From contig CAWDOY010000014.1 of assembly GCA_963803975.1 (NCBI GenBank), positions 96,001 to 160,000 of the forward strand: a DNA stretch of 64,000 nt, read 5' to 3'. Shown piece by piece: positions 30,850-44,235 of the stretch. Each line of letters starts with the position of its first letter. Position 1 is the first letter of the stretch. The DNA is from an uncultured delta proteobacterium (GTDB lineage Bacteria > Desulfobacterota > WTBG01 > CAIYCZ01). Position numbers and translations under genes: made by a program. A model generated the notes under the pieces. It worked only from the letters and a program-made list of their open reading frames with translations, searched no databases and was not told the origin of the DNA.

Positions 30850-30882
30850 GGCAGAGGCCAACACAGGCTTTTGCCTTTTTTT
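30850..30882 (+). terminator. Intrinsic terminator
   Basis: GGCAGAGGCC-AACACA-GGCTTTTGCC followed by T7. Confidence 0.65.
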
Positions 30883-30978
30883 GTGCAAGAAGGATGCGCA
30901 AAAAACTGGTATTAATAGAGTACCCATAGTATACAGCATATAGCAGCCAACGCACCGAGAATTTCAACAAAACAGACA

Positions 30979-31677
30979 ATGACAGGAAAAGGACTGCAGT
31001 ATTTGTCACCTCAGGGAGAGTGGCATTCCCTGCTTAAAACAGGAGCCACAGCCATCAATGTCTCCCTGTCTGAAGAGCAGGTGGAGCTTTTTTTTCTGTA
31101 TTGGAGAGAACTCCAGGAGTGGAACAGCTACACTAATATTACTGCTATTAGCAGCCTCAGGGACACTATCATTAAACATTTTTTAGATTCTTTAAGCGCT
31201 ATAGGGAGCATTCCCGGTTCCGGACGCCTGGCTGACATTGGTTCTGGAGGCGGGTTTCCCGGAATCCCGATAGCGATAGTACAGCCAGCTCTCAAGGTGG
31301 TCCTTATTGAGGCTGCGCGTAAAAAGGCAAATTTTTTGCGTCAGGCGGTGCGCGTTCTCGGCCTGAAGACGGCCGAGGTTTATCATGGGCGTGCTGAAAC
31401 ACTGAGCTTTAGCGAACGATTTGAGTGTATTGTGAGCAGAGCATTCTCAAGCATAGAGACGTTTTTAAAGATAAGCACGCCATTGCTTGCCGATGATGGG
31501 ATTATTATTGCCATGAAGGGAAAAGACATAGAACAGGAATTAAAGGAGGCAGAACAGGAAATAAAAAAGGCGCAGCTCATAATAGCAGAAGAAAGACATT
31601 TTGTGCTGCCCTTTCGCGGCGGCACACGCACCATTATAGTATTTAAGAGAAATGTTTCACGTGAAACATTGGCATAA
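30979..31677 (+). CDS. rsmG: 16S rRNA m7G527 methyltransferase
   Basis: KHFLDSL, DIGSGGGFPGIP, VSRAF and AMKG motifs. Confidence 0.95.
   Translation: MTGKGLQYLSPQGEWHSLLKTGATAINVSLSEEQVELFFLYWRELQEWNSYTNITAISSLRDTIIKHFLDSLSAIGSIPGSGRLADIGSGGGFPGIPIAIVQPALKVVLIEAARKKANFLRQAVRVLGLKTAEVYHGRAETLSFSERFECIVSRAFSSIETFLKISTPLLADDGIIIAMKGKDIEQELKEAEQEIKKAQLIIAEERHFVLPFRGGTRTIIVFKRNVSRETLA
31653..31668. other. parS centromere site
   Basis: Perfect TGTTTCACGTGAAACA (20-bp palindrome 31651-31670) in the rsmG 3' end, upstream of parAB. Confidence 0.93.
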
Positions 31678-31803
31678 AAATGCAGTGTTTTTATTTTGCA
31701 AAGACAGCGCTTTTATGATATGGTAACTCGAGTTTTGAGCACTATTAACCTTCTATTTTAGCTTATTTTTTTAAAGTCATTTACAGGAAAATCCCCAAAA
31801 ACC

Positions 31804-32574
31804 ATGAGCGGCAAAGTAATCTGTGTAGCAAACCAAAAAGGAGGGGTGGGAAAGACCACAACAGCCATAAATCTGGGCACCTCTCTGGCGCTAAAGGGCA
31901 AACACATTCTCCTCCTTGATATTGATCCCCAGGGCAATGCGGGCAGCGGCATAGGTTGCGGCAAAGAACAGATGCGGGAAAACATCTACCATGTCCTGGT
32001 TCTGGAAAAGGATATGGCAGCCATTATCCAGAAGACAGCGGTTTCCAACCTTGATTTTATTGGTTCTAACATTGATTTAATCGGAGCGGAAATAGAGCTG
32101 GTAAATATGCCCATGCGTGAAAACAGGCTGCGCAATGCTCTTGAACAGATAAGAAATCAGTATGATTTTATCATAATTGATTGCCCTCCCTCGCTGGGTT
32201 TATTAACCGTAAATTCTCTCACCGCCGCAGATTCTGTGCTTATCCCCCTGCAATGTGAGTATTATGCGCTCGAAGGCCTCAGCCAGCTATTAACGACCAT
32301 CAGGCTTATAAAGAGCAGCTTAAATCCCCAGCTTGCTATTGAGGGTATCCTGCTGACCATGTTTGACAAGCGCAACAGTCTGTCCCATCAGGTGGCAAAT
32401 GAAATACACGAGCATTTTTACAGCAAGGTATTCAGGGTAATAATTCCCCGGAACGTGCGTCTCGCAGAAGCACCCAGCCATGGAAAGCCGGTCTATTTCT
32501 ATGACAAAACTTCCCCCGGTGCGCAGACGTATCTGGAGCTGGCAAACTGTATTATCCACAACGAGAGGAATTAA
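31804..32574 (+). CDS. parA: Chromosome partitioning ATPase ParA/Soj
   Basis: NQKGGVGKTTT, DPQGN, DCPPSLG and RNVRLAEAPS motifs. Confidence 0.97.
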   Translation: MSGKVICVANQKGGVGKTTTAINLGTSLALKGKHILLLDIDPQGNAGSGIGCGKEQMRENIYHVLVLEKDMAAIIQKTAVSNLDFIGSNIDLIGAEIELVNMPMRENRLRNALEQIRNQYDFIIIDCPPSLGLLTVNSLTAADSVLIPLQCEYYALEGLSQLLTTIRLIKSSLNPQLAIEGILLTMFDKRNSLSHQVANEIHEHFYSKVFRVIIPRNVRLAEAPSHGKPVYFYDKTSPGAQTYLELANCIIHNERN

Positions 32575-32575
32575 C

Positions 32576-33427
32576 ATGGTGCAGAGAAAAGCCCTGGGAA
32601 GGGGGCTGGAAGCCCTCATTCCCGGCATGAGCGAAGGTGGCCCTGGAAAGCCTGAGGGACTGCTGCTGGTTGCTCTTGATGAAATACAGCCCAATCCGCT
32701 TCAGCCGCGGCGGACCTTTGACCAGGAAAAAATTGAAGAACTGGCCAATTCCATACGGGAAAACGGCATCATTCAGCCCCTGCTGGTTAAAAAAGGGGTT
32801 GACGGTTTTGAGCTTATAGCCGGTGAGCGGCGCTGGCGAGCGGCCCAAAAAGCAGGACTTGATAAGGTTCCGGTAATAGTAAAAGAAGTCGAAGAAAAGC
32901 ATCGCCTGGAGCTTTCACTCATAGAAAATATCCAGCGAGAAGATCTCAATGTTATGGAAGAGGCCGAGGCCTATCAAAAGCTGATAGAGCAGTTTGGCTA
33001 TACCCAGGAGGAAATCGGTAAGCGGGTCGGTAAAAGCAGAACCAGTATTACCAATACGCTGCGCCTCATTAAGCTGAACAAAAAAATCAAAGATGATTTG
33101 ATTCAGAATAAAATCAACATGGGACACGCCAGGGCCTACCTCGGGCTTGATTCAGCCGCCCAGCAACAGGAGGCCCATGCCCGTGTGCTCAAGGGAAACC
33201 TCTCTGTCAGGCAAACAGAAAATCTTGTCAAACGGATGAAACGCGGGGTTAAAGAACGGCCCACCGGGAAACAGGGTCATAAGCATGAGTTCGTCCTTGC
33301 AGAATTGCGCAAGCGACTGGGTACAAAGGTAGCTATAACCACCCGGGGAAAAGGCGGGAAACTCATAATTGAATTTTATTCTCCAGATGAGCTTGACAGG
33401 ATTTTTGAGCTTATACGGGGACAATAG
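32576..33427 (+). CDS. parB: ParB/Spo0J CTPase
   Basis: ALGRGLEALI, QPR, AGERRWRA and ENIQREDL motifs. Confidence 0.97.
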   Translation: MVQRKALGRGLEALIPGMSEGGPGKPEGLLLVALDEIQPNPLQPRRTFDQEKIEELANSIRENGIIQPLLVKKGVDGFELIAGERRWRAAQKAGLDKVPVIVKEVEEKHRLELSLIENIQREDLNVMEEAEAYQKLIEQFGYTQEEIGKRVGKSRTSITNTLRLIKLNKKIKDDLIQNKINMGHARAYLGLDSAAQQQEAHARVLKGNLSVRQTENLVKRMKRGVKERPTGKQGHKHEFVLAELRKRLGTKVAITTRGKGGKLIIEFYSPDELDRIFELIRGQ

Positions 33428-33444
33428 AGGATAAGGGAGGGTAA

Positions 33445-35898
<2,454 letters not shown>

Positions 35899-35936
35899 AT
35901 TAAACATAGATTAATAATATAAATATATTTTATAAT

Positions 35937-38366
35937 ATGGATAAAATAGCAAACATTGTTCCAGTAAACATTGAAGATGAAATGCGCAAGTCCTATATGG
36001 ACTATGCCATGAGCGTCATCATCGGCAGGGCCTTGCCAGATGTGCGGGATGGCCTCAAACCGGTGCAGCGCCGAATCCTGTATGCAATGGACGATATGGG
36101 GCTGCAGTGGAATAAACAGTATAAGAAATCAGCCCGACTCGTCGGAGATGTCATAGGTAAATATCATCCCCACGGCGATTCGGCAGTGTATGAGGCCACG
36201 GTGAGAATGGCACAGGATTTTTCCCTGAGAAATCCCCTCGTGGACGGCCAGGGAAATTTTGGCTCCATGGACGGTGATCCGCCTGCTGCCATGCGCTATA
36301 CCGAAATCAAGCTGGCGCGTATTGCATCGGAGATGCTTGCAGACATTGACAAGGAGACGGTCAACTTCACCGGCAACTATGACAACTCTCTTCAGGAGCC
36401 GGTCATCCTTCCGTCAAAAGTCCCCAATCTGCTGATCAATGGAAGCGCTGGCATTGCTGTTGGCATGGCGACCAATATTCCGCCGCACAACCTGGGAGAG
36501 GTTGTGGATGCCCTGGTCGCGCTCATAGACAATCCGGAGATATCAATCAGAGAGCTTATGAAGCTTCTGCCGGGGCCGGACTTTCCTACCGGCGGATTCG
36601 TGCACGGCAAAGAGGGATTGAAAGATGCCTATGAAACCGGAAGAGGTACCATTCAGCTCAGGGCCCGATCCTTTATTGAAAAGAGAAAAAAGGGAGACCG
36701 GGAAGATATTGTTATTTCTGAAATACCGTTTCAGGTAAACAAGGCTCGGCTCATTGAGCGGATTGCCGAGCTGGTGCAGGAGAAAAAGATAGAGGGAATC
36801 GCGGATGTGCGCGATGAGTCAGATCGTGACGGTGTGCGCATAGTGATTGAACTGAAAAAAGACGGGATTGGCAGCGTCATCTTAAACCAGCTGTATAAAT
36901 TGACCCCGATGCAGTCCTCGTTTGGGATAATGCTGCTTGCCATCGTTGACAATCAGCCGCAGATCCTCACGCTCAAAGAAATACTGGAACATTTTATAGA
37001 GTTCCGCAAAGAGATAATCACGCGCCGGACGCAGTTTGATTTGCGCAAGGCAGAAGAGCGCGCCCATATACTGGAAGGCTTAAAGATTGCCATTGACCAT
37101 CTGGATGCAATCATAAAACTGATTCGCTCCTCCCAGTCTCCTGCTGAAGCGAAAGAACGGCTTATGCAGGACTTTAAGCTCTCAGATGTCCAGGCGCAGG
37201 CAATCCTTGATATGCGGCTACAGCGGCTCACAGCGCTGGAGCGGGAAAAGATCAATGCGGAATACCTTGAAACCATTAAGCTTATGGAACAGCTCCGGCA
37301 CATACTGGAAAGTGAGCGCCTGGTGCTGGAGATTATAGGCGATGAGCTCAAAGCGCTTAAAGAAAAGTTTGGCGATGCACGCAGAACAGAGCTTATCGAC
37401 AAGACCGAAGAGATACGCCTGGAAGATTTGATTGTCGAAGAACAAATGGTGGTCACTGTTTCCAACACCGGCTATATCAAGCGCAATGCCATCAGCCTGT
37501 ACCGGACACAGGGCCGCGGCGGCAAGGGCGTGACCGGCATGACCACCAAAGAGGAGGATTTTGTAGAAACGCTGTTTGTGGCGTCGACGCACGATTACGT
37601 GCTCATATGTACTAATAGGGGTAGGGTCTACTGGCTTAAGGTTTATGAAATACCCGAGGCCGGGAGGGCTGCCCGCGGTAAGGCAATTGTAAACCTGGTC
37701 AAGCTTTCTCCCGGGGAAAGCCCGGCGGCAATTTTACCGGTAAGCGGGTTTGAAGAAGGCAACTATGTGGTAATGGCCACCCAAAAAGGCGTGGTAAAGA
37801 AGACCGACCTGAGTGCCTACAGCCATCCGCGCGCAGATGGCATTATAGCCACCGTCATCGACCCGGGCGACAGCTTAATTGATGCCAAGCTCACCGACGG
37901 CAATAAGGAAATATTTCTCGGCACCAAGAATGGACTTGCCATACGATTTAACGAGCAGGATGTGAGATCCATGGGCAGGGTTTCTCGCGGGGTGCGCGGC
38001 ATGTCTCTGGCAAAGGATGACGAAGTGGTTGGCATGGAGATTTTAAGCGGTGATGCGACGATTCTCACCATCACCGAACATGGCTACGGAAAAAGAACCC
38101 GGAGTTCAGAATACAAAATACAGGGACGCGGCGGCAAGGGAATTATCACCATCAAGACCTCGGAACGCAATGGCTCTGTCGTTGGCATTAAACAGGTAAC
38201 CAACGAAGATAGTTTGATGATGATTACCAGCACGGGAAAAATCATCAGAATTGCCGTTTCCAAGCTTTCCGTTATCGGCCGGAACACCCAGGGCGTACGC
38301 CTCATCAATATAGACAAGGACGAGAAAGTTGTGGGCGTTGCCCGGCTTGCAGAAAAAGAAGAATAG
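35937..38366 (+). CDS. gyrA: DNA gyrase subunit A
   Basis: HPHGDSA, AAMRYTE and GyrA-box QGRGGKG. Confidence 0.98.
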   Translation: MDKIANIVPVNIEDEMRKSYMDYAMSVIIGRALPDVRDGLKPVQRRILYAMDDMGLQWNKQYKKSARLVGDVIGKYHPHGDSAVYEATVRMAQDFSLRNPLVDGQGNFGSMDGDPPAAMRYTEIKLARIASEMLADIDKETVNFTGNYDNSLQEPVILPSKVPNLLINGSAGIAVGMATNIPPHNLGEVVDALVALIDNPEISIRELMKLLPGPDFPTGGFVHGKEGLKDAYETGRGTIQLRARSFIEKRKKGDREDIVISEIPFQVNKARLIERIAELVQEKKIEGIADVRDESDRDGVRIVIELKKDGIGSVILNQLYKLTPMQSSFGIMLLAIVDNQPQILTLKEILEHFIEFRKEIITRRTQFDLRKAEERAHILEGLKIAIDHLDAIIKLIRSSQSPAEAKERLMQDFKLSDVQAQAILDMRLQRLTALEREKINAEYLETIKLMEQLRHILESERLVLEIIGDELKALKEKFGDARRTELIDKTEEIRLEDLIVEEQMVVTVSNTGYIKRNAISLYRTQGRGGKGVTGMTTKEEDFVETLFVASTHDYVLICTNRGRVYWLKVYEIPEAGRAARGKAIVNLVKLSPGESPAAILPVSGFEEGNYVVMATQKGVVKKTDLSAYSHPRADGIIATVIDPGDSLIDAKLTDGNKEIFLGTKNGLAIRFNEQDVRSMGRVSRGVRGMSLAKDDEVVGMEILSGDATILTITEHGYGKRTRSSEYKIQGRGGKGIITIKTSERNGSVVGIKQVTNEDSLMMITSTGKIIRIAVSKLSVIGRNTQGVRLINIDKDEKVVGVARLAEKEE

Positions 38367-38428
38367 CGACCCAAGAATCATGCTTGAGAAGAGTTCGAGC
38401 CTGAGCAACTCACAGCTCTTTTTTTAAT

Positions 38429-39442
38429 ATGCGCGAACATAAAATAGGCATCATCGGAGCAGGAAGCTGGGGCACCACGCTTGCCAATCTGCTGGCAGAT
38501 AAGGGGTTTGAGGTTACCCTGTGGGTGTATGAGGAAGAGCTTTTACAGAAACTCAAATGCATGCGCTGCAATACCAGGTACCTGCCCGGGATTACGCTCA
38601 ATGCCGCCCTGCGCTACACCCGGAGCCTGAAAGAGGCTGTTTATGGCAAGCACGTCATCCTCTGGGTAACGCCCTCTCAGGTCTTTCGTAAACTGTTTAG
38701 CGAAGCACTTCCGTTTTTCCCGACCGAAGCGATACAGGTGAGCGCTTCTAAAGGGATAGAGAATGAATCGTTAAAACGTCTTTCTGAAATTGCAGAAGAC
38801 CAAAACCCGGCCTTTAGGGACCGGAAATTTGTTGTTCTTTCCGGCCCCAGTTTTGCCCTGGAGGTCTGCAGAAAGCTCCCGACGGCTGTGGTGGTCGCTT
38901 CCCGGGATAGAGAAAGCGCAGCCAGCATACAAGAGGTTATGGCAACGCCGCTGCTCAGAATCTACACCAGCCAGGATATTGTCGGGGTAGAACTGGGCGG
39001 AGCACTTAAAAATGTTATTGCCCTCGCAACCGGCATAGCAGATGGATTGGGTTATGGGAGCAATACCCGGGCAGCCCTCATTACCAGGGGCCTTGCTGAA
39101 ATGATGCGGCTTGGTATTGCCCTGGGCGCGGAGCCGATAACATTTTCCGGCCTTTCCGGCCTGGGCGATCTGGTGTTAACCTGTACCAGCACTATGAGCA
39201 GAAACTATAGTGTGGGCTTTCAGATTGGCCAGGGAAAAGCTCAGGAACGGATTTTACAGGAGATGAACGCAGTAGCAGAAGGGGTCTTCACAACCCGCTC
39301 AGCGTTTTTCCTCGCCCAGAGCCGTCAGGTAGCTATGCCCATTACGCAGGTGGTTTATCAGGTGCTGTACGAGAATAAACCAGCGCCACAGGCAGTACAG
39401 GACCTCATGAGCAGGGAGCTCAAACAAGAAACCCCTCTTTGA
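38429..39442 (+). CDS. gpsA: NAD(P)H-dependent glycerol-3-phosphate dehydrogenase
   Basis: GAGSWGT, SKGIE, SGPSFA, LKNVIA and GDLVLTC..SRN motifs. Confidence 0.96.
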   Translation: MREHKIGIIGAGSWGTTLANLLADKGFEVTLWVYEEELLQKLKCMRCNTRYLPGITLNAALRYTRSLKEAVYGKHVILWVTPSQVFRKLFSEALPFFPTEAIQVSASKGIENESLKRLSEIAEDQNPAFRDRKFVVLSGPSFALEVCRKLPTAVVVASRDRESAASIQEVMATPLLRIYTSQDIVGVELGGALKNVIALATGIADGLGYGSNTRAALITRGLAEMMRLGIALGAEPITFSGLSGLGDLVLTCTSTMSRNYSVGFQIGQGKAQERILQEMNAVAEGVFTTRSAFFLAQSRQVAMPITQVVYQVLYENKPAPQAVQDLMSRELKQETPL

Positions 39443-39500
39443 ATAGGTAACGGGGCCATTGAAGGGCCGCGGGATACCGTTCTAATCCAGCAAGAATGAC

Positions 39501-40697
39501 ATGCAGATAGCAATACCCAAAAGAACCCTCTACACCCATATTACCAAAGAGCTTATGAGCCCCTTTATTCTGGGGCTTTTGATTTTTACTTTTATTTTGC
39601 TCACCAACAGAATCCTCAAGCTTATGGACTTGGTGGTGAATAAGGGGGTGGGTCTGGATGAGGTTATTAAACTCATAACGTATCTTCTCCCCTCTTTTTT
39701 TATGCTCACCATTCCCATGTCTGTTCTTCTGGCAATTCTCATAACGCTCGGCAGGCTTTCAGCGGATGGGGAGCTCATTGCCATGAAAGCCTCGGGAATA
39801 AGCCTTTATCAAATACTACCCCCCTTTATTGCCCTGTGTGTAACAGGCTTTTTGCTCACCAATATGTTGTCGTTATTGCTGCTCCCGCAGGGAAACAGAG
39901 CCTTCAGGAATCAGCTCTTCAGCCTGTCTAAGCGGCACTCAGAAGCAAACCTGCAGGAACGGATATTTAATGATGACTTTGAAGGCCTCATCATATACAT
40001 TAATGAAATCCCCGGCCAGGGGAAGCATATGCAGGGAATAGTGATTTCAGACAAGCGGGAGACAGAAGTCCCCAGTTTAATTATTGGCGAAGAGGGGATG
40101 ATTATCTCAGATCAAAATGAAAGGAAGGTTACCCTGCGGCTTTTTAACGGAAGTATTCATCGTGCCGCAAACGATTCGCTCGCGTATCAGAAGGCAATCT
40201 TTAAGACCTATGATATGAACCTGCAACTGAGCAACGAGGAGTCAGAAAACGATACGGACGTAAAATACAGCGAACAGAGTATAGCGGCGCTTTTAAAGCT
40301 TTTAACCGACCGGAGCAAAGAAAAGAAGTCTTCGATTAAGATCCAGACAGAGATTCACAAGCGGTTTGCCTTTCCCTTTGCCTGTGTGGTACTGGGGCTG
40401 GTGGGAATACCGTTTGGTGCATATCGGAGAAAGGGGACCCGGTCGTACGGGTTTGTCCTGTGCATCATAATCCTGTTCCTTTACTATGTGTTTCTGAATT
40501 TCGGGGAAACAATGGCAAAGCGCGGCATCCTCTATCCGGCGCTGGGCATATGGCTGCCAAATGTCGTATTGGGAATTATGGGCTGCTATCTGCTCTCTGT
40601 GGTGAGCAGGGAAAAACCAATCCCGGGGTTATACTGGATAGATGAAACAATAAACCGTCTGAGCACGACCCTTAAGAAACGGTTCAAACGACAGTAA
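39501..40697 (+). CDS. lptF: LPS export permease LptF
   Basis: GRLSADGELIAMKASGISL, EIHKRFA and WLPN motifs; paired with lptG. Confidence 0.9.
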   Translation: MQIAIPKRTLYTHITKELMSPFILGLLIFTFILLTNRILKLMDLVVNKGVGLDEVIKLITYLLPSFFMLTIPMSVLLAILITLGRLSADGELIAMKASGISLYQILPPFIALCVTGFLLTNMLSLLLLPQGNRAFRNQLFSLSKRHSEANLQERIFNDDFEGLIIYINEIPGQGKHMQGIVISDKRETEVPSLIIGEEGMIISDQNERKVTLRLFNGSIHRAANDSLAYQKAIFKTYDMNLQLSNEESENDTDVKYSEQSIAALLKLLTDRSKEKKSSIKIQTEIHKRFAFPFACVVLGLVGIPFGAYRRKGTRSYGFVLCIIILFLYYVFLNFGETMAKRGILYPALGIWLPNVVLGIMGCYLLSVVSREKPIPGLYWIDETINRLSTTLKKRFKRQ

Positions 40698-40723
40698 TGC
40701 GTTCATAACAAGGCTGTGTTCTC

Positions 40724-41806
40724 ATGTTAATTATTACCCGGTATTACACCAGAGAATTTCTTAAGATCTTTGCGTTGTGCCTGGCATCCTTTGTGGTCCT
40801 CTATCTGCTGGTGGATTTATTTGAGAATTTAGACAGCTTCATAAAGAACAAGGCTTCGCTTGCTGCCGTTATCCGCTATTTTTTATACAGCATACCGCTG
40901 ATTATCTATCAAATATGTCCGCTGGGAATGCTCCTGTGCACGTTTATCACCATAGGGCTGTTTGCGCGCTTTAATGAAGTAACCGCACTTAAGGCGCACG
41001 GCATAAGCCTTTTTACTGTTTTTAAAGTGTTTCTTTTTATTGCAGCATTTACCTGGATCTTTTCGCTTTGGCTTCAGGAGTATGTTCTGCCGTATACCAA
41101 CCGGCAGATGAAAGAGATAAAAAATGTCCAGATAAAAAAGAAAAAAAGCGTTGATATGCTTGCCAGGGACCATTTTTGGTATCGCAGCCAGAATGCTATT
41201 TACAACATAGAAATATTTTATCCTGATAAAAACAGGATTCAGGGAATTACGATATATTATTTCACCCCGGATTTTCGCCTCCAGGAGCGCATTGATGCAA
41301 AATGGGGGGAGTGGAAGCAGAATGGCGACTGGACTTTTCATGACGGGGTGGTTCGGGCCTTTCAAAACGAAGGGGAGATACGGACTGAGGCCTTCAAGGA
41401 ACGGCTCATTACTATTCATGAAACCCCCGATGATTTTAAAATGTCGCAGAAGCTGAGCGAGGAAATGAGCTTTAGTGAGATCAGGGCGTACATTAATAAA
41501 ATAGGGGCGGAGGGATATGATACTACTCCGTATGAAGTGGACATGCAGGCCAAGATTTCCTACCCATTTATAAATATAATAATGGCTATGCTCGGGATTC
41601 CGTTTGCTTTGATGATTGGCAGAAGCGGGGGAATGGCGCTGGGCATTACGGTAAGTGTTCTTTTTGGGTTTTTCTACTGGATATTTTTTGCCCTCTGTCT
41701 CTCGCTCGGCAAAAACGGGTCCCTGCCCACGTTTCTTTCGGCATGGATGGCAAATGTAGCCTTTGGCTCCCTCGGCCTTTACCTGTTCCTGCAAGTGAAA
41801 CAGTAA
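40724..41806 (+). CDS. lptG: LPS export permease LptG
   Basis: NEVTALKAHGISL, KISYP and AWMAN motifs. Confidence 0.9.
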   Translation: MLIITRYYTREFLKIFALCLASFVVLYLLVDLFENLDSFIKNKASLAAVIRYFLYSIPLIIYQICPLGMLLCTFITIGLFARFNEVTALKAHGISLFTVFKVFLFIAAFTWIFSLWLQEYVLPYTNRQMKEIKNVQIKKKKSVDMLARDHFWYRSQNAIYNIEIFYPDKNRIQGITIYYFTPDFRLQERIDAKWGEWKQNGDWTFHDGVVRAFQNEGEIRTEAFKERLITIHETPDDFKMSQKLSEEMSFSEIRAYINKIGAEGYDTTPYEVDMQAKISYPFINIIMAMLGIPFALMIGRSGGMALGITVSVLFGFFYWIFFALCLSLGKNGSLPTFLSAWMANVAFGSLGLYLFLQVKQ

Positions 41807-41951
41807 GCACCGTGCCGGGCCCGGGGCACCAATCCGCAACGATAGCGCAGTTTAAATATACATTGACTTTTAGATAAAACTCTTTTATTAGGAACAATCT
41901 AACGTTAACAATGCATGTTTTCATAGATTCATAAGGGAGGACATATAATCC

Positions 41952-43118
41952 ATGTCAATGACGAGCTACTTATTTACCTCAGAGTCGGTAACAGAGGGAC
42001 ATCCGGACAAGGTGGCAGACCAGATATCTGATGCAGTGCTGGATGCGATCATAGCAGAGGACAAGAAGGCGCGGGTGGCGTGCGAGACGCTGGTGACGAC
42101 GGGGCTGGCGATGATAGCAGGGGAGATCACCACCGACTGTTATGTGCATTTGCCAGACATCGTGCGGGAGACGATCAAGGGGATCGGCTATAATGACTCG
42201 GCCATGGGGTTTGACTGGGAGACGTGCGCGGTAATGAGTTCGATAGACCGGCAGTCGCCTGACATTGCCATGGGGGTGAACGCGACAAAAGAGCATGAGC
42301 AGGGAGCAGGTGATCAGGGCCTGATGTTCGGGTACGCATGCACGGAGACGGCGGAACTGATGCCGATGTCGATACACTACGCGCACCAGCTGAGCAAGCG
42401 GCTGGCGCAGGTGCGAAAAGAGGGAATTCTTGATTTTTTACGGCCGGATGGCAAGACGCAGGTGACGGTAGAGTATCACAACCGGAAACCGGTACGGTTG
42501 GATGCGGTTGTGGTGGCGTCGCAACACACGCCGGAGGTAAAGGACGCGCGGCTGCGGGAAGGGATTATAGAAGAGGTGATCAAGAAGGTAATCCCTGGCA
42601 ATATGATGGATAAGAACACGAAGTTTTTCATCAATGCGACGGGGCGGTTTGTGGTCGGGGGACCGAAGGGCGACTGCGGGCTGACGGGGCGGAAGATAAT
42701 CTGCGACACGTACGGCGGGCAGGGGAGCCACGGCGGGGGAGCTTTTTCAGGGAAGGACCCGTCGAAGGTGGACCGGTCGGCCTCCTACATGGCGCGGTAC
42801 GCGGCCAAGAACATAGTGGCGGCGGGGCTGGCGACGCAGTGCGAGGTGCAGGTGGCATACTGTATCGGGGTGGCAAAGCCGGTGTCGATAATGATCAATA
42901 CCTTCCGGACGAGTAAAATTCCACCGGATCGGATAGCCGAGATAGTGAATGAGGTGTTTGATTTTCGGCCGGCGCAAATCATAAAGCACCTGAATTTATT
43001 GCGGCCGATATTCAAGAAGACCGCAGCGTACGGGCATTTTGGGCGGGAGGATAAGGACTTCACCTGGGAGCGTACCGACATGGCAGCTGTGCTGAAGGAG
43101 AAGGCGGGAGTTGACTAA
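41952..43118 (+). CDS. metK: S-adenosylmethionine synthetase
   Basis: [19 protein letters not shown] and [16 protein letters not shown] motifs. Confidence 0.98.
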   Translation: MSMTSYLFTSESVTEGHPDKVADQISDAVLDAIIAEDKKARVACETLVTTGLAMIAGEITTDCYVHLPDIVRETIKGIGYNDSAMGFDWETCAVMSSIDRQSPDIAMGVNATKEHEQGAGDQGLMFGYACTETAELMPMSIHYAHQLSKRLAQVRKEGILDFLRPDGKTQVTVEYHNRKPVRLDAVVVASQHTPEVKDARLREGIIEEVIKKVIPGNMMDKNTKFFINATGRFVVGGPKGDCGLTGRKIICDTYGGQGSHGGGAFSGKDPSKVDRSASYMARYAAKNIVAAGLATQCEVQVAYCIGVAKPVSIMINTFRTSKIPPDRIAEIVNEVFDFRPAQIIKHLNLLRPIFKKTAAYGHFGREDKDFTWERTDMAAVLKEKAGVD

Positions 43119-43334
43119 AAGCGCTTTCAGCATGTAGCCGGTAGCTATAAGGTTGCTTTATTTGTTTCTATTCTAATGTATGAACGGACAGACTTAACGC
43201 TACATTACCAAATTATCAAGGTGGATGCTGACAGAAAGCGTCTGCCTTTTTTGTTTTTTTATAAAAAAAGCATACAAAACCTCTTGACAATTGCAAGCAA
43301 AACACATAATAAACATGCATTACATATATCAGAG

Positions 43335-43958
43335 ATGGGTTTTTGCTTGCAAGTTTCAGATAAGACAAAAGAAATAATCCTCAGCGCTGCAAAAGAACTT
43401 TTTGCCCAGAAGGGCTATTTTAAGACCACGTACGCTGATATTGCACGGCATGCAGGAGTTAATCAGGCAACGGTTTATCGCGGATTTAAAACGAAAGAAA
43501 ATATATTTACCTGCCTGTTAGAGGAAGAATACCAGCACATAACCCGGGAAACCTATAACGCGTTTACTGCAGATGAACCAACACCCCAAAAGCTGAAAAA
43601 GATAATAACAACAAACTTTACCTTAACAACCCGAAGCAAGCTCCTGAAATATATACTGCATGATGAGTATAGCCAGTTCCGCACAATTTTTAATACCAAA
43701 GACAAAAAAGCTTTTGACGAAATCCGCGCCATCATTCAGGAGGGCATAGCAAAAGGTGAAATAAAAAATGAAGACCCCTCCTTTCTGCTGGCAGTGCTTA
43801 ATTCGTTTCGCTTTTGCCTGCTCAGCCTGTATCGGAGTGAAAACATTCTCCTGGAGAGCAAGTACAGCCTTGATCATTTGATAGAAACCATAAACGATAT
43901 TTTTGTAGAGGGGTTTCTCAAAAACTTTGCAACCCATACAAAATTAAACATTGAGTAA
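43335..43958 (+). CDS. TetR/AcrR family regulator
   Basis: IILSAAKELFAQKGY.KTT..DIARHAGV...TVY..FKTKE; start uncertain (43335 or 43347). Confidence 0.9.
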   Translation: MGFCLQVSDKTKEIILSAAKELFAQKGYFKTTYADIARHAGVNQATVYRGFKTKENIFTCLLEEEYQHITRETYNAFTADEPTPQKLKKIITTNFTLTTRSKLLKYILHDEYSQFRTIFNTKDKKAFDEIRAIIQEGIAKGEIKNEDPSFLLAVLNSFRFCLLSLYRSENILLESKYSLDHLIETINDIFVEGFLKNFATHTKLNIE

Positions 43959-43991
43959 CAGCAAAGATTATATTATTAAAGGAGGCATATC

Positions 43992-44162
43992 ATGATACAA
44001 GTTGACAGGGAAAAATGTGTTGGCTGCGGAGGCTGTGTTGACCTTTGTCCCCGGACAGCAATTCGCTTTGTGAAAGATCGGGCGTTCATTGATGTAGATC
44101 TGTGCCTTGAGTGTAAGACCTGCGTGCAGGTTTGTCCCATGAAGGCACCCGATGAGCTGTAA
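43992..44162 (+). CDS. 2x[4Fe-4S] ferredoxin (56 aa, not in the ORF track)
   Basis: MIQVDREKCVGCGGCVDLCP...CLECKTCVQVCP; AAAGGAGG RBS. Confidence 0.92.
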   Translation: MIQVDREKCVGCGGCVDLCPRTAIRFVKDRAFIDVDLCLECKTCVQVCPMKAPDEL

Positions 44163-44235
44163 GCAACTTGGGGAATACTAGCACGACGCTTGCAGAAGGG
44201 ATACATCCTTAAATTACAAGGAAAGGAGATTACGC

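Noticed and set aside
32552..32560. Perfect DnaA box TTATCCACA
   Set aside because: A single copy inside parA; one chance hit in 64 kb is unremarkable.
40883..41839. 318-aa ORF antisense to lptG
   Set aside because: Fully overlaps a well-supported gene and has no protein-like features.
41807..41951. SAM riboswitch before metK
   Set aside because: No SAM-I/II consensus elements; the leader is short and AT-rich.
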